NCBI GenBank assembly: GCA_035454625.1
Contig: DATIGP010000098.1
Coordinates: 9,391-73,390, forward strand
DNA length: 64,000 nucleotides
Direction: 5' to 3'
DNA from: Nitrospira sp.
Lineage (GTDB): Bacteria > Nitrospirota > Nitrospiria > Nitrospirales > Nitrospiraceae
Part shown: positions 49,808 to 60,232 of the stretch, piece after piece
Numbering within the stretch: position 1 is the stretch's first letter
How the letters are laid out: each line of letters begins with the position of its first letter
Program-made: the position numbers and the translations under genes
The notes under the pieces: model-generated
Told to the model about the DNA's origin: nothing
The model's input: only the letters and a program-made list of their open reading frames with translations
Database searches by the model: none

Positions 49808-50749
49808 ATGAACAGGGAACTGAAAATTTTCTCTGGCAACGCCAATCTTGCGCTTGCGCATGAGATCTGCGCTTATCTTGGGCAGAAATTGGGTGAAGCC
49901 ACGGTTTCATCCTTCAGCGACGGAGAGATCCGGGTCAAGATCGACGAAAATGTGCGTGGCGCCGATGTGTTCGTGGTGCAGTCCTGCTGTCAACCGGTCA
50001 ACGATTCCTTGATGGAATTGCTGATCATCATCGATGCCTTGAAACGTTCTTCGGCCAACCGTATCACGGCCGTCATCCCTTATTTCGGATATGCTCGTCA
50101 GGATCGCAAGGATCAACCGCGCGTCCCCATCACCGCAAAGCTGGTCGCAGATTTGATGACCACTGCCGGAGCCGATCGTGTGTTATCGATGGATCTTCAC
50201 GCAGGACAGATCCAGGGGTTTTTCAACGTGCCGGTCGATCACTTGTATGCTCTCCCGGTTCTGCTGGATTATATCGTGAAAAAGCAAATTCCCGACTTGG
50301 TCGTGGTCTCTCCAGATGCCGGCGGCGTGGAACGAGCCAGGGCCTTTGCCAAGCGGCTTCAGGCGAACCTGGCCATCATCGACAAGCGACGCGAAGGTCC
50401 GAACCAAGCGCAAATTATGAACATCATCGGGGATGTGAAAGGGAAAAGCGTGTTGCTCCTCGATGACATGATCGATACGGCAGGCACCATTGTACAAGGG
50501 GCTCAGGCCTGTCTCGATCACGGGGCTCGAGAGGTGATCACGGCCTGCACGCACGCAGTGTTGTCAGGGCCGGCTTTGGAACGATTACAGGGGTCCTGTC
50601 TCTCCCAAGTGGTGGTAACCAATACGATCCCATTGCGAGGGAAAGAGTTGGCCTGTCCGAAGTTGCATCAATTGTCGGTTGCGCCTCTGCTGGGCGAAGC
50701 TATCAGACGGATCCATGAAGACGAGTCAGTGAGTTCACTATTCGCTTAA
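49808..50749 (+). CDS. prs: Ribose-phosphate pyrophosphokinase
   Basis: [43 protein letters not shown]. Confidence 0.98.
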   Translation: MNRELKIFSGNANLALAHEICAYLGQKLGEATVSSFSDGEIRVKIDENVRGADVFVVQSCCQPVNDSLMELLIIIDALKRSSANRITAVIPYFGYARQDRKDQPRVPITAKLVADLMTTAGADRVLSMDLHAGQIQGFFNVPVDHLYALPVLLDYIVKKQIPDLVVVSPDAGGVERARAFAKRLQANLAIIDKRREGPNQAQIMNIIGDVKGKSVLLLDDMIDTAGTIVQGAQACLDHGAREVITACTHAVLSGPALERLQGSCLSQVVVTNTIPLRGKELACPKLHQLSVAPLLGEAIRRIHEDESVSSLFA

Positions 50750-50795
50750 GCGTATCGAGCGGACTCTGCGTAAGCAGAGGAGACGGAGGAGGATC

Positions 50796-51578
50796 ATGAA
50801 ATTCGATTTGGCAGTGGCAGTAAGAGAGCGAGCGGGGAAAGGGGCCGCACGGTCTATGCGGCGGGCGGGAAAGATTCCGGCCGTGCTCTACGGCCAAGGG
50901 GAGTGTCTCTTGCTGACCGTCAATCCGGACGAACTAGTCAAGATTCTCAAGTCTCACGCGGGGAGCACCGCATTGATTTCGCTCACCGTGGACGGAGCAC
51001 AGTCCAAGCAGAACCGCACGGCTCTGTTACGCGACTATCAGGTTGACCCGGTGACCGGCGCTGTTCTGCACGCGGATCTCTTTGAAATTTCCATGAGCAA
51101 GCCAATTCGGGTGAAAGTTCCGATTAAGGTTATCGGGGGTGTTCCAGCCGGTGTGAAGGAAGGTGGCGTGCTGCACCATAACATGCGCGATGTGCACGTA
51201 GAATGCCTTCCGGCTGCATTGCCGGATCATATCGAAGTCGATGCGTCGGTATTGACCATCGGCAGCGGCATTCATGTGAAAGAACTCGGAACACGCGAAG
51301 GAGTTCGATTTTTGGATGATGCCGACCAGATGGTTGTCAGCGTCGCGGCACCGATGTCGGACGCCAAACTCGAAGCCTTGCTCACCAGTACCGCGGGAGC
51401 GCCGGGAGAGCCGGAAGTCCTGGCCAAGGGCAAGGAAGTAGCCGGGGCTGAGGGGGCGGGCGTCGAGCCGGCCAAAGCCGGTGCAGCTGCGCCGGCGGGT
51501 GATGCGAAGGGCGGCGAAAAGAAAGAGGCTGCTGCAGCGCCGAAAGCTGAAAAGAAAGAAGCTGAAAAGAAGAAGTAA
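50796..51578 (+). CDS. rplY: 50S ribosomal protein L25/Ctc with Ala/Glu/Lys-rich tail
   Basis: GKGAAR..R..GKIPAVLYG, LHADL, GVKEGG, LPDHIEVD. Confidence 0.96.
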   Translation: MKFDLAVAVRERAGKGAARSMRRAGKIPAVLYGQGECLLLTVNPDELVKILKSHAGSTALISLTVDGAQSKQNRTALLRDYQVDPVTGAVLHADLFEISMSKPIRVKVPIKVIGGVPAGVKEGGVLHHNMRDVHVECLPAALPDHIEVDASVLTIGSGIHVKELGTREGVRFLDDADQMVVSVAAPMSDAKLEALLTSTAGAPGEPEVLAKGKEVAGAEGAGVEPAKAGAAAPAGDAKGGEKKEAAAAPKAEKKEAEKKK

Positions 51579-51580
51579 CG

Positions 51581-52174
51581 TTGCATCTGCTCGTTGGACT
51601 GGGCAATCCCGGAAAAACCTACGCCCGGACCCGTCACAATGTCGGCATGTGGGTCATCGAGCGGGCCGCCGCTCGATGGTCGATCCGACTCTCACCGCGC
51701 GATACAGCTCAACGAGGTTCCGGACGGCTGGGAGGGAAGTTAATAGAGCTGGCCGGCCTGCTCGATTGGATGAATGTTTCCGGCCCTCCGCTGAAGGGAC
51801 TCTTGCGGGAATTCGGTCTCACCGCCAGCGAACTCATCGTTGTGCACGACGATCTCGACTTGGAGCCCGGGAGACTCCGGATCAAGCTTACCGGTGGTCC
51901 CGGGGGACATAACGGGATCAAATCCATCATCGAGGCGCTCGGAACTCCACACTTCGTGAGATTGAAAATAGGGATTGGTCGTCCAGCCCCAGGCCAAGAT
52001 TCTGCCGAGTATGTTTTGGAGCCGGTGACCAAAGAGGAGTTGACTGTTTTTGAGCCGTGCCTGGAGCAAGCCGTCGACGCGCTGGAATGTCTGATTCATC
52101 GCGGACCGGAAGCGGCGATGAACCGATTTCATGTAAGACAAAAGGTCGCCGACCAAGGAGAGGGTGAAAGCTAG
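51581..52174 (+). CDS. pth: Peptidyl-tRNA hydrolase
   Basis: GLGNPG..Y..TRHNVG, MNVSG, HDDLD, GGHNG, RLKIGIGRP. Confidence 0.97.
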   Translation: MHLLVGLGNPGKTYARTRHNVGMWVIERAAARWSIRLSPRDTAQRGSGRLGGKLIELAGLLDWMNVSGPPLKGLLREFGLTASELIVVHDDLDLEPGRLRIKLTGGPGGHNGIKSIIEALGTPHFVRLKIGIGRPAPGQDSAEYVLEPVTKEELTVFEPCLEQAVDALECLIHRGPEAAMNRFHVRQKVADQGEGES

Positions 52175-53266
52175 ATGGGGCTCTGCTGCGGAATGATCGG
52201 TCTCCCGAACGTCGGCAAAACGACGGTCTTCAATGCGCTTACCGGCGGTGGCGCCCTGGCGGCGAACTATCCGTTCGCGACCGTCGATCCGAACACCGGC
52301 ATTGCTTTGGTACCGGACCCGCGCCTCGTCAAACTGACCGACATCTTCAGCTCGAAGAAAACCACCTACAGCACGTTGGAAGTGCGGGACATCGCCGGAC
52401 TTGTTGAAGGAGCCAGCAAAGGCGAGGGGCTCGGCAATCAATTTCTTGGTCACATTCGAGAAGTGGACGCCCTCCTTCACGTGGTGCGCTGTTTTCAAGG
52501 TACCGATGTGGTTCATGTCAGCGGCGGAATTGATCCGCTCCGTGACATCGGCGTGATTGAAACCGAACTCATGCTGTCCGATCTCGAGACACTCGACCGA
52601 CGGAAACAGAAGACGGAAAAGAAGATTCGGGCTGGCGATAAGAAAGCCGCGTTTGAAGCGGAGTTTCTAACTAAGCTCATCGGATTCCTCGACAAGGGCG
52701 AATGGTTGGGCAATCGAGAATATACTCCTGAAGAACGGGTGATCCTCAACGAGTGTCAGCTGCTCTCCGCCAAGCCGGTCCTGTTCGTGGCGAACGTGTC
52801 GGAGGGAAAGAATGCCGACGAAGCCATGGTCCAGACCGTGCGGGAGTTTGCCGCCAAGCGCGGAGCCCGCGTCGTGACCATCTGCGGGCAGCTCGAGGCC
52901 GAGCTGGCATCATTGCCTGAGAGCGAACGGGCGGACTTCCTGAACGAAATGGGACTGACCGAATCGGGACTCGTCCGATTGACGCGCGAGGCCTATACCT
53001 TGCTGGATCTGATTACTTTCTTCACCGCCGGCGAGACCGAATCTCGCGCCTGGCCGATTCCGAGAGGCACCAAGGCGCCGCAAGCAGCGGGTAAAATCCA
53101 CTCCGACATGGAGCGGGGTTTCATCCGTGCCGAGGTCTACCACTACGACGATCTACTTGTCTGTGGGTCGGAGGCCAAGGTAAAGGAGAAGGGGCTGTTT
53201 CGCCTCGAAGGCAAGGACTACGTCATTAAAGAAGCGGATATCATGTATTTTAGGTTTAACGTTTAG
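52175..53266 (+). CDS. ychF: Redox-regulated ATPase YchF
   Basis: GLPNVGKTT, ANYPFAT, DIAGLV..GEGLGNQFL, IHSDMERGFIRAEV, EGKDYV. Confidence 0.98.
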   Translation: MGLCCGMIGLPNVGKTTVFNALTGGGALAANYPFATVDPNTGIALVPDPRLVKLTDIFSSKKTTYSTLEVRDIAGLVEGASKGEGLGNQFLGHIREVDALLHVVRCFQGTDVVHVSGGIDPLRDIGVIETELMLSDLETLDRRKQKTEKKIRAGDKKAAFEAEFLTKLIGFLDKGEWLGNREYTPEERVILNECQLLSAKPVLFVANVSEGKNADEAMVQTVREFAAKRGARVVTICGQLEAELASLPESERADFLNEMGLTESGLVRLTREAYTLLDLITFFTAGETESRAWPIPRGTKAPQAAGKIHSDMERGFIRAEVYHYDDLLVCGSEAKVKEKGLFRLEGKDYVIKEADIMYFRFNV

Positions 53267-53392
53267 TCTTCCTCAATAACCGCGGGGACACATCAGCCTC
53301 TTAGCAATGGGTCGGAGACCGGAGTACCATGCTGCCTTGACGGGAGCGTTCACGATGAGCGATCCTCTCGCTGAGTCCTCAGTCTAAGGCAT

Positions 53393-54154
53393 GTGGCCCA
53401 AGTCACACCAATGCTCGACTCGCTCGCGAATGCGTTTGCGTGGAAAGGGATCGCCGTCTATTGGGGAATCGGCCTGCTTTTTTTCGCGGCAGAGTATTGG
53501 TGGCCCACACGTCTGATCCCCTATAGTCAAGTATTCCTGCAGGATCTGGGGGCACTCACCACGTATCAGGTCTTCTTTGTCTTTGCGGCACAACTGGCCG
53601 ATCGAATCCCTTCTCCTTATTACTCCTACTGGCGGTGGCAAGCACTTCCATTCGCTTTCAAGCTGGTGGTATTTCTGTTGGTCATTGACGGACTCGCATA
53701 TTGGATGCATCGGCTTTGGCATACGTCGGGGGGCTGGCCGATCCATCGATGGCACCATGCGCCCACCGAACTTTACTGGCTGGCAGGTGTCCGGGCGAGC
53801 TTTCCACAAATCGTCCTTGCGAATATCCCTTATCTGTTGGCCTTCCCACTCCTCAAACCGGTGCCGGCACTTTTCTTTCCGATCTATGGCTATATGCTGG
53901 TCCTCACCAATAACTGGATGCACATGAACGTGACCTGGCAATCGCGAAAACTGGAATGGCTCTTCGTCACGCCTCGCTACCATCGCGTGCATCACCTAAG
54001 AGAGATCGGGAGGGCTGGGGCGAACTTCGGGGTCCTCTTTACCGTGTGGGATCGGTTGTTCGGAACATATGTCGATCCTGAGCTGGTGGATTTGAAAGGG
54101 CCGTACGGGATTCAGGAAACGGTCCATCCAGTCCGCATGGCAGTCGGGGTCTGA
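53393..54154 (+). CDS. Sterol desaturase / fatty-acid hydroxylase family protein
   Basis: His boxes YWMHRLWH, HRWHH, WMH and HRVHH; NFG...WDRLFGT. Confidence 0.88.
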   Translation: MAQVTPMLDSLANAFAWKGIAVYWGIGLLFFAAEYWWPTRLIPYSQVFLQDLGALTTYQVFFVFAAQLADRIPSPYYSYWRWQALPFAFKLVVFLLVIDGLAYWMHRLWHTSGGWPIHRWHHAPTELYWLAGVRASFPQIVLANIPYLLAFPLLKPVPALFFPIYGYMLVLTNNWMHMNVTWQSRKLEWLFVTPRYHRVHHLREIGRAGANFGVLFTVWDRLFGTYVDPELVDLKGPYGIQETVHPVRMAVGV

Positions 54155-54362
54155 ATCGGAGAAGTGATTCTTGATCAACCGAGACCCGCGATCTCTGCGT
54201 TTTTCCCTCTATCCGATGTGAAGCCCGCAAAGCTGTTAGCTCTGCCGTTTGTCCAACCGCGACCAATGCCACCCGGTCATCGATCGCAGCATCCGGCCGA
54301 GGATCTCGTGAGACAGGGTCCAAGATATCGCCCTACCTCAGGCAGATACCATATGAACGGAC

Positions 54363-54400
54363 TTGCCGAGAGTGCCAGCGCCTGCTATTGTCTATACAAT
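54363..54400 (+). promoter_or_regulatory. TA promoter TTGCCG-N17-TATTGT overlapped by palindrome ATTGT-N4-ACAAT
   Basis: Read directly at 54363-54400, upstream of the antitoxin ATG at 54421. Confidence 0.5.
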
Positions 54401-54420
54401 TGCCATACAGGTGGAGAGAC

Positions 54421-54702
54421 ATGAGTTCAACTAATCTGCTCAGAAATGCTAAGCCGGTTACTGTGCGAGAGGCTCAAGCCCAACTTTCTAAGTTGATTCG
54501 CTCAAAATCGCCTTCCATGGTGCTCTCCCATGGCAAGCCGGTCTCTTTTCTGGTCCCCTATGACGATATGCTCGATCTGGTCGAAGCCCTCGATGAGCTG
54601 AAAGATCAGCAGTTGCTCAAAGAAATCGAGCGAGCACGGACCGAATATGTGCGAGGTGGAGCAGTTCCCGCCGAACGACTCTTTAAAAAAATGGGACTCT
54701 AG
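54421..54702 (+). CDS. Type II antitoxin, Phd/YefM family
   Basis: VTVREAQAQLSKLI..P.MVLSHGKPVSFLVPYDD and an acidic C-terminus; directly upstream of a RelE-like toxin. Confidence 0.8.
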   Translation: MSSTNLLRNAKPVTVREAQAQLSKLIRSKSPSMVLSHGKPVSFLVPYDDMLDLVEALDELKDQQLLKEIERARTEYVRGGAVPAERLFKKMGL

Positions 54703-55002
54703 TTGGGGTACGGGGTCGTCTTTCCCAGCGAACGAGTCGAGCGGTCATTCCAGAAAGCGCTATCCAAGATTCCGGCCGACTATCAAGCTGCCATCGTTGC
54801 GGCGATCAGGGCTTTGGGCGCCAACCCACGGCCTGAAGGGAAACGGACAAATAGGCTCACGGGCCAGATCATCATCTCACGGTTCACGGCAGAGTATCGT
54901 TTGAGAATCGGTCCATATCGTGTGCTCTATGATGTCGATGACCAGAATAAGAAAGTGGTGTTGCTCAAACTAGCGAAGCGAGACGAGCAGACCTACCGGT
55001 GA
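54703..55002 (+). CDS. Type II toxin, RelE/ParE family
   Basis: NPRPEG, YRLRIGPYRVLYDVDD, LAKR..Y. TTG start abuts the antitoxin stop. Confidence 0.85.
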   Translation: MGYGVVFPSERVERSFQKALSKIPADYQAAIVAAIRALGANPRPEGKRTNRLTGQIIISRFTAEYRLRIGPYRVLYDVDDQNKKVVLLKLAKRDEQTYR

Positions 55003-55133
55003 TGGTATATCAGGAGATGGCGAGCTTCCGTTGTAGTCGGTGTGCGGGTAGTTCAGGCCATGCACGATTCAAGGCCCGCCCGCATTAATCGAGAGCCTTG
55101 CGGCGCTTATTCCTCAAATAGGAATCATCCCTG

Positions 55134-55700
55134 ATGAATGAGCGCTACTACAAACTAAAGAAAACGGTTCTCTTGACTGGTGCGGGGTTTTCAAAACCTT
55201 TTGGAGGATTCTTGGCTAGCGAAATGTGGTCTATCTTCTTTAACCGCCTCAGCTCCCCGGATCATTTGGGAATGCGGCATATCCTTCGTGGAAACTTGAA
55301 CTACGAGCTTGCTTATGCAGAGGTCATCGCGGGTGAATATGCTCAAAGCGAGAAAGAATATTTCACCAAATGTCTAATGGAAGCCTATGCTGATCTGGAT
55401 CGTTCCTTATGTGAGATAACCTATAACAAGCGAGCATTTATTCAGCCGCTCCGCACGTTTATCGATTTGTTTGCTGGAGAGGATAGAGAAAGAGGATTTA
55501 TCTTCACTCTTAATCAGAATCTTCTCATTGAAAGATTTTATAGCAATCACAACTTTCTGCTTCAAATTCCCTCACTACATCATACAGATTGGTTTCGGGG
55601 CACGATGGACCGGGCTGATCTTCCCCAAGTCGATATGCCACCGAATCAACAACTTGATAGAGATAAAGGGGAATTCTGGGCAAAAGGAAAGAGCACGTGA
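55134..55700 (+). pseudogene. Truncated SIR2-like (SIR2_2) domain protein
   Basis: VLLTGAGFS...FIFTLNQNLLIER Rossmann/SIR2 N-half. Ends at 188 aa before the usual KLHGS motif. AT-rich. Confidence 0.55.
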
Positions 55701-55883
55701 CTTCATAACCCGACTCCTGGTTATTGCTCTTCCAAAATTTGAGATCCATCGTCTTCGTTACTTCGCCATTGATGGAATTATGCCCCTTTGCCGGTCAGCG
55801 GACGGGGTCTCCGTCGAAATGCCGGTTTCTTTGAGACGCTGCGGTCGTTCGCGATTGTGTGAGCTACGCGATATATGAGCTTC

Positions 55884-56456
55884 CTATGCGGCGAGTTTGT
55901 CGAGGATGGTCTTTGAGAGAGCCGTATCGGCCTTCAGGGTCTCGCGCATGTGTTCGAGTGCGGAGCGGTTGGCATGGGGATCGATGGATACGGTGCAGTC
56001 GGCCGGGACTGCCACGTGGAAGTTCCGCATGTAGGCATCGGCCGCGGTGAAGAGCACACAGTTGTCGCCCGCAACCCCGGTGAGGATGACTTGCTGGACG
56101 TTAAGATAACGGAGCAACAGCTCCAACGGGGTCGCAAAAAATCCTGAGTGCTTGGGTTTCAAAACGAAGTAGTCGTCTTCCTCCGGCGTCAAGACCTCCG
56201 CGATGCGTCTCCCTCGGCAGTCGCCCTCCAAACACCGGTCCACAAGCGTGCGGAAATCCGACCGCCACTTGCCGAAGTTGTCGTTCACATACAAGACCGG
56301 CCACCCTGCGGCCTTGACGCGTTGTTTGAGCGTCGCGATGTTCCGGGCGGTCTGTTCGATGGCTGGAAAGAATTTCTCGGCACCGTCGAACGTGAACTCA
56401 TTAATCATGTCGATGATGAGTAAACATGCCTGAGTGTGATCCGGTTGGCGAGGCAT
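55884..56456 (-). CDS. Isochorismatase-family cysteine hydrolase
   Basis: LLIIDMIN (Asp), KPKHSGF (Lys), GDNCV (Cys) triad. Confidence 0.92.
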   Translation of the reverse strand: MPRQPDHTQACLLIIDMINEFTFDGAEKFFPAIEQTARNIATLKQRVKAAGWPVLYVNDNFGKWRSDFRTLVDRCLEGDCRGRRIAEVLTPEEDDYFVLKPKHSGFFATPLELLLRYLNVQQVILTGVAGDNCVLFTAADAYMRNFHVAVPADCTVSIDPHANRSALEHMRETLKADTALSKTILDKLAA

Positions 56457-57100
56457 TATGAAGCCGCCTGTGTCTGGAGAAATTGCTTGATTCGTTTCAG
56501 ATCATCGATGAAGCGGCGATATTCTTCTTCACGCTGCGCCGCTTCCAGATGTCGAAGAATGGCCGATGGGTGGACGGTCACAAAGACGTTCGAGGCGATG
56601 GATGTGTCCCAAGGTCGTCCTCGCAGTTCATTCAAACGAACCGCCTTCCTAAACACGGATTGGGCGGCCGTCACGCCCAGGCATACGACGACACGCGGTT
56701 TCACGACCTGCACCTCGGCCTCAAGCCAAGGGCGACAGGCGGCGATTTCGGAAGCAGAAGGTTTCTTGTGTTTGCGGCGCTTGCCGAGCGGTTCCCATTT
56801 GAAATGCTTCACGGCATTCGTGACATACAGGCTCTCCCGCACCATTCCCACATCTGCCAATGCCTGGTCCAAGATCTTGCCGGCCGGTCCGACAAAAGGA
56901 TGGCCCACCTGATCTTCCTGATCGCCCGGTTGCTCCCCGACCAACATAATCGCCGTGTGAGCCGCGCCCTCTCCAAACACAGTTTGTGTGGCTCGTTTAT
57001 ACAAATCGCAACCGGTACAAGCCGAGGCGGCTTGTTGCAGGTGTGGGATGGTCAGTTTGATGGGAATGAATTGGGCGGCTGATCTGGCAAGGCGTCGCAT
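56456..57100 (-). CDS. udgX: UdgX-like family-4 uracil-DNA glycosylase / uracil-binding protein
   Basis: CTGC Fe-S ligands, GEQPGDQED..PFVGPAG, NAVKHFKW..GKRRKHKKP (R-loop), ACRPWL, TVHPSAILR. Confidence 0.85.
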   Translation of the reverse strand: MRRLARSAAQFIPIKLTIPHLQQAASACTGCDLYKRATQTVFGEGAAHTAIMLVGEQPGDQEDQVGHPFVGPAGKILDQALADVGMVRESLYVTNAVKHFKWEPLGKRRKHKKPSASEIAACRPWLEAEVQVVKPRVVVCLGVTAAQSVFRKAVRLNELRGRPWDTSIASNVFVTVHPSAILRHLEAAQREEEYRRFIDDLKRIKQFLQTQAAS

Positions 57101-60100
57101 GATTGACCATACCGCGTTTCTTGCATAAGGGGCAGCGGGTGATTTCCCTCGTCCGTCGATTCCAGCAGGTGCAGATCCGACACAGTCAGGGTAACGACTC
57201 CGAACGTTTCTTCCACCAGCCCGCGGACCACATAGGGCCGGTTGGGTGAGAGCAGATGGCAGCAGCGGCGATAGACGTCGGGAAACAGGGTGGCATCGTA
57301 GAGGGCTGTGACATCTTCGAGGGTAATGAATTCCATGGCGTGGCCGTGCTTGGTCTCCGCTGACTTCTCTGTGATCAGTAACCCGACCATGATGATGCGC
57401 TGATCGACGAATCGATGCATCTGGGAGGCCGGCACCGGCCGTAGCCGTTCGATCTGTTTACGGTAGAGGGCCAGCGGATGGCAGGTGGCCAGGAAGCCGA
57501 ACGACTCAACCTCATGGGCTCGCTTCTGAACGGCTGAATAGTCGTCCGGAATCGGTAAGGAACGTGAAGTGACATCGTTTCCCGCATACACCCGCCACAT
57601 CAAGGCCGGTCTGGTCAGCTCGCCGGCGATGGAATCACAGCAGCCGGCGCGGATTAATGCTTGGGCAAGAGACGGCTCCGGCTTCACACGCCGCAGAAAG
57701 TCCTGAAACGACCGGTACGGACCATTCTGTGCACGTTCTTCGACGATCCTCTTGCCGAGTTCTTCCGGGATTGTCTTCACTTGCATCAAGCCCATCCTCA
57801 GCCGCTCGCCTTCGCCTCGGTAGGCCCAATCGCTTTCATTGATGTCCGGAAGGAGAACGGCCAATCCCATGCGCCTGGCTTCCGAGACGTACGCGAAGGT
57901 CGAATAAAAGCCGCCTCGATTGCTGATGACGGCGCCAATGAATTCCGCTGGGTAGTGAGTGCGGAGATACGCGGACTTGAACGACACCTGCGCATAGCTT
58001 GCCGAATGGGGCTTGCAAAAGCTGTAACCGGCAAAACTCATAATCATCTCCCAAATTCTACGGATTACTTCCGGTGATGCATGATTCTTTTCTGCTCCGC
58101 GGCAAAACTGATGATAATAGTCCCGCAGTTGCCGTTGCTTGTGCTTTTTACTGATGATCTTGCGCAGCTGATCTGCATCCTCGACGGAAAAATCCGCCAA
58201 CGCCATCGCCACCTTCGAAACGTCTTCCTGGTAGGTCATGATGCCGTGTGTTTCATCCAAAACTCCCTTCAGCTTAGGATGCCAAGATGCGCAGGAACCT
58301 GCTTGCGCTAGACGAATAAATTTTTCGACGAAGGGATTGGTGGCGGGCCTGACTAACGATGAGACCATGACGAGATAGTTGAAGACATCAGCCTCCGCGC
58401 GGCGACGCGGCGGCATGCCGGTCCACAGTTTTCTTAATAAAAGACGGGTGGCGGGTGATTCGATGTAGAAGCAGCCGATCGTGTCACCGCGTCGGATCGC
58501 GTCTTGCGTGGCGGCATCGTTCAGCGGGTCCCAGGTGGCATAGTCGATCTGCCGGCCCGTATGTTTGGCGATGGCCGCGAGAGCATCTCGAATCACGGCA
58601 AGCGATCGGTTGCCCAAGATGTCGATCTTCACGAGCCCGGCATCTTCCGTCTGGTCCTTTTCCCATTGGATAACGGGCAGCCCTTTCGCCGTGATCTCGA
58701 TCGGCACGTAGCGCCGGATCTCATCCGGTACGATAACGACTCCACCGCAGTGCATGGAAAGATGGCAGAAATGATTTTGGGCCTTCAATGCCGAGGCAAG
58801 GATCTCAGGCCAGGGCTCTTTCAATTTCAGCACCTGCGAGAGACGACAGAGCCATTGTGCGTTGGTCGGTGGACTAGAAAATCCGAGGAGAGTTTTTTGA
58901 CGTACAACAAGTGAAGACATCTTTCCGATCTCTTCAGCCGGCATACCGTACACCTTGGCGACTTCGCGAATGGCCGCCCTGAAGCCGAGGCTGTTCTGGT
59001 TCGCCACCATGGCGGCCTGGCGCTCGCCGTATTGGCCGAACACCCAGCTCAAAATGTCGTCGCGCTCGTCCCAGGCAAAATCGATGTCGATGTCCGGCGG
59101 ATCTTTCCGGCCGGGATTGAGAAATCGCTCGAAGAAGAGGTTGTGTTTGATCGGATCGACATGGGTGATGTTCAGGCAGTATGAAACGATCGAGGCTGCA
59201 ACCGAACCGCGTCCGCAGGTGGTTCGTTTTAATGCCGTGACTATTTCCTCCACGACGAGAAAATAGTGAGCGAAGCGTTTTCCTCGGATGATCGCCAGTT
59301 CTTTTTCAATCCGGTCACGAACTCCTCGCGTGATGACGCCGTATCGATTCTGTGCGCCGGCATAGGTTTTTCCTTTGAGCGTCATGAAGGCTTCTTCGTC
59401 GGTCAGTCGGCGAAAGGCAGGAAAGATTGTCTCGCCAAAACGCCAGTCGCTGTGACAGGCCTCGGCAATGCGGATGCTGTTTTCCAAGGCATCCGGAACG
59501 TGGGGGAACCGGGAGGCCATGAGCGCGGACGGCATGAGCCATTGGCTGGGTGTACAACACGCCTCTTCCCGCAGCCGTGACAGAGTCGTGTTCAGAGCAA
59601 TCGCGCGCAGGAGACGATGCGTGGCAAAGTCGTCCGCACGAGAAAAGTACACCCGATTGGTGGCGACAGGCGGGAGATCGATTCGGCGGCTGAAGCAAAG
59701 TGTATCGTGCATAGCCGGCCCTGGTGTCAACTCAACATAAAGATCTTGCCGCGAGTCTTTGGCCCAAGCGATGAGTGCCGGTTCATCGTCCGTGAAGACG
59801 ATCAGTCCGTCGCGATAGCGGGAGACTGACGAGAGGAAGTCGAATGAGGGATTACAGTGGCGTTCCGACAGAAGGCGACAAAGGTTCGCATAGCCGTCCG
59901 GTGTTTTGGCCAGCAAGACGGTGCGATGGTCCTCGGTCGTCAACTCGGCGCCGAGAATCGGCCGGAGACCCTGTTGCTTGGCCTGCTCGACAAATCGGAT
60001 CGCTCCGTACAATCCGTTCGTATCGGTCAATGCTATGGACGGCGATCCTTGTCGCTGGGCCGTGAGGCAAAGTTCTTCCAGTGGCGATACGCCGCGCATC

Positions 60101-60168
60101 GGCGAGTAATCCGAATGGACATGGAGGTGGACGAACTGGGCCGTCTTCATTTTACGCGTATTATTCAT
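57052..60168 (-). CDS. dnaE2: Error-prone DNA polymerase III alpha (DnaE2/ImuC-like)
   Basis: PHP domain HLHVHSDYS, RGS..AS, PPDIDIDF, KIDILG, F..YSFCKPH, OB fold. About 1040 aa without a tau-binding tail, adjacent to imuB. Confidence 0.9.
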   Translation of the reverse strand: MNNTRKMKTAQFVHLHVHSDYSPMRGVSPLEELCLTAQRQGSPSIALTDTNGLYGAIRFVEQAKQQGLRPILGAELTTEDHRTVLLAKTPDGYANLCRLLSERHCNPSFDFLSSVSRYRDGLIVFTDDEPALIAWAKDSRQDLYVELTPGPAMHDTLCFSRRIDLPPVATNRVYFSRADDFATHRLLRAIALNTTLSRLREEACCTPSQWLMPSALMASRFPHVPDALENSIRIAEACHSDWRFGETIFPAFRRLTDEEAFMTLKGKTYAGAQNRYGVITRGVRDRIEKELAIIRGKRFAHYFLVVEEIVTALKRTTCGRGSVAASIVSYCLNITHVDPIKHNLFFERFLNPGRKDPPDIDIDFAWDERDDILSWVFGQYGERQAAMVANQNSLGFRAAIREVAKVYGMPAEEIGKMSSLVVRQKTLLGFSSPPTNAQWLCRLSQVLKLKEPWPEILASALKAQNHFCHLSMHCGGVVIVPDEIRRYVPIEITAKGLPVIQWEKDQTEDAGLVKIDILGNRSLAVIRDALAAIAKHTGRQIDYATWDPLNDAATQDAIRRGDTIGCFYIESPATRLLLRKLWTGMPPRRRAEADVFNYLVMVSSLVRPATNPFVEKFIRLAQAGSCASWHPKLKGVLDETHGIMTYQEDVSKVAMALADFSVEDADQLRKIISKKHKQRQLRDYYHQFCRGAEKNHASPEVIRRIWEMIMSFAGYSFCKPHSASYAQVSFKSAYLRTHYPAEFIGAVISNRGGFYSTFAYVSEARRMGLAVLLPDINESDWAYRGEGERLRMGLMQVKTIPEELGKRIVEERAQNGPYRSFQDFLRRVKPEPSLAQALIRAGCCDSIAGELTRPALMWRVYAGNDVTSRSLPIPDDYSAVQKRAHEVESFGFLATCHPLALYRKQIERLRPVPASQMHRFVDQRIIMVGLLITEKSAETKHGHAMEFITLEDVTALYDATLFPDVYRRCCHLLSPNRPYVVRGLVEETFGVVTLTVSDLHLLESTDEGNHPLPLMQETRYGQSCDALPDQPPNSFPSN

Positions 60169-60232
60169 GAGCGGTTCTGCTGCAATCGTGGATTCGCGGC
60201 TGCGACAAGCTGGCATGCGGCTCCACGGCATG

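Noticed and set aside
55525-55878. ORFs 55525..55749 (-) and 55471..55878 (+) in the AT-rich patch
   Set aside because: No recognisable motifs; they overlap the SIR2-like fragment, and the minus frame is closed by a TGA just upstream.
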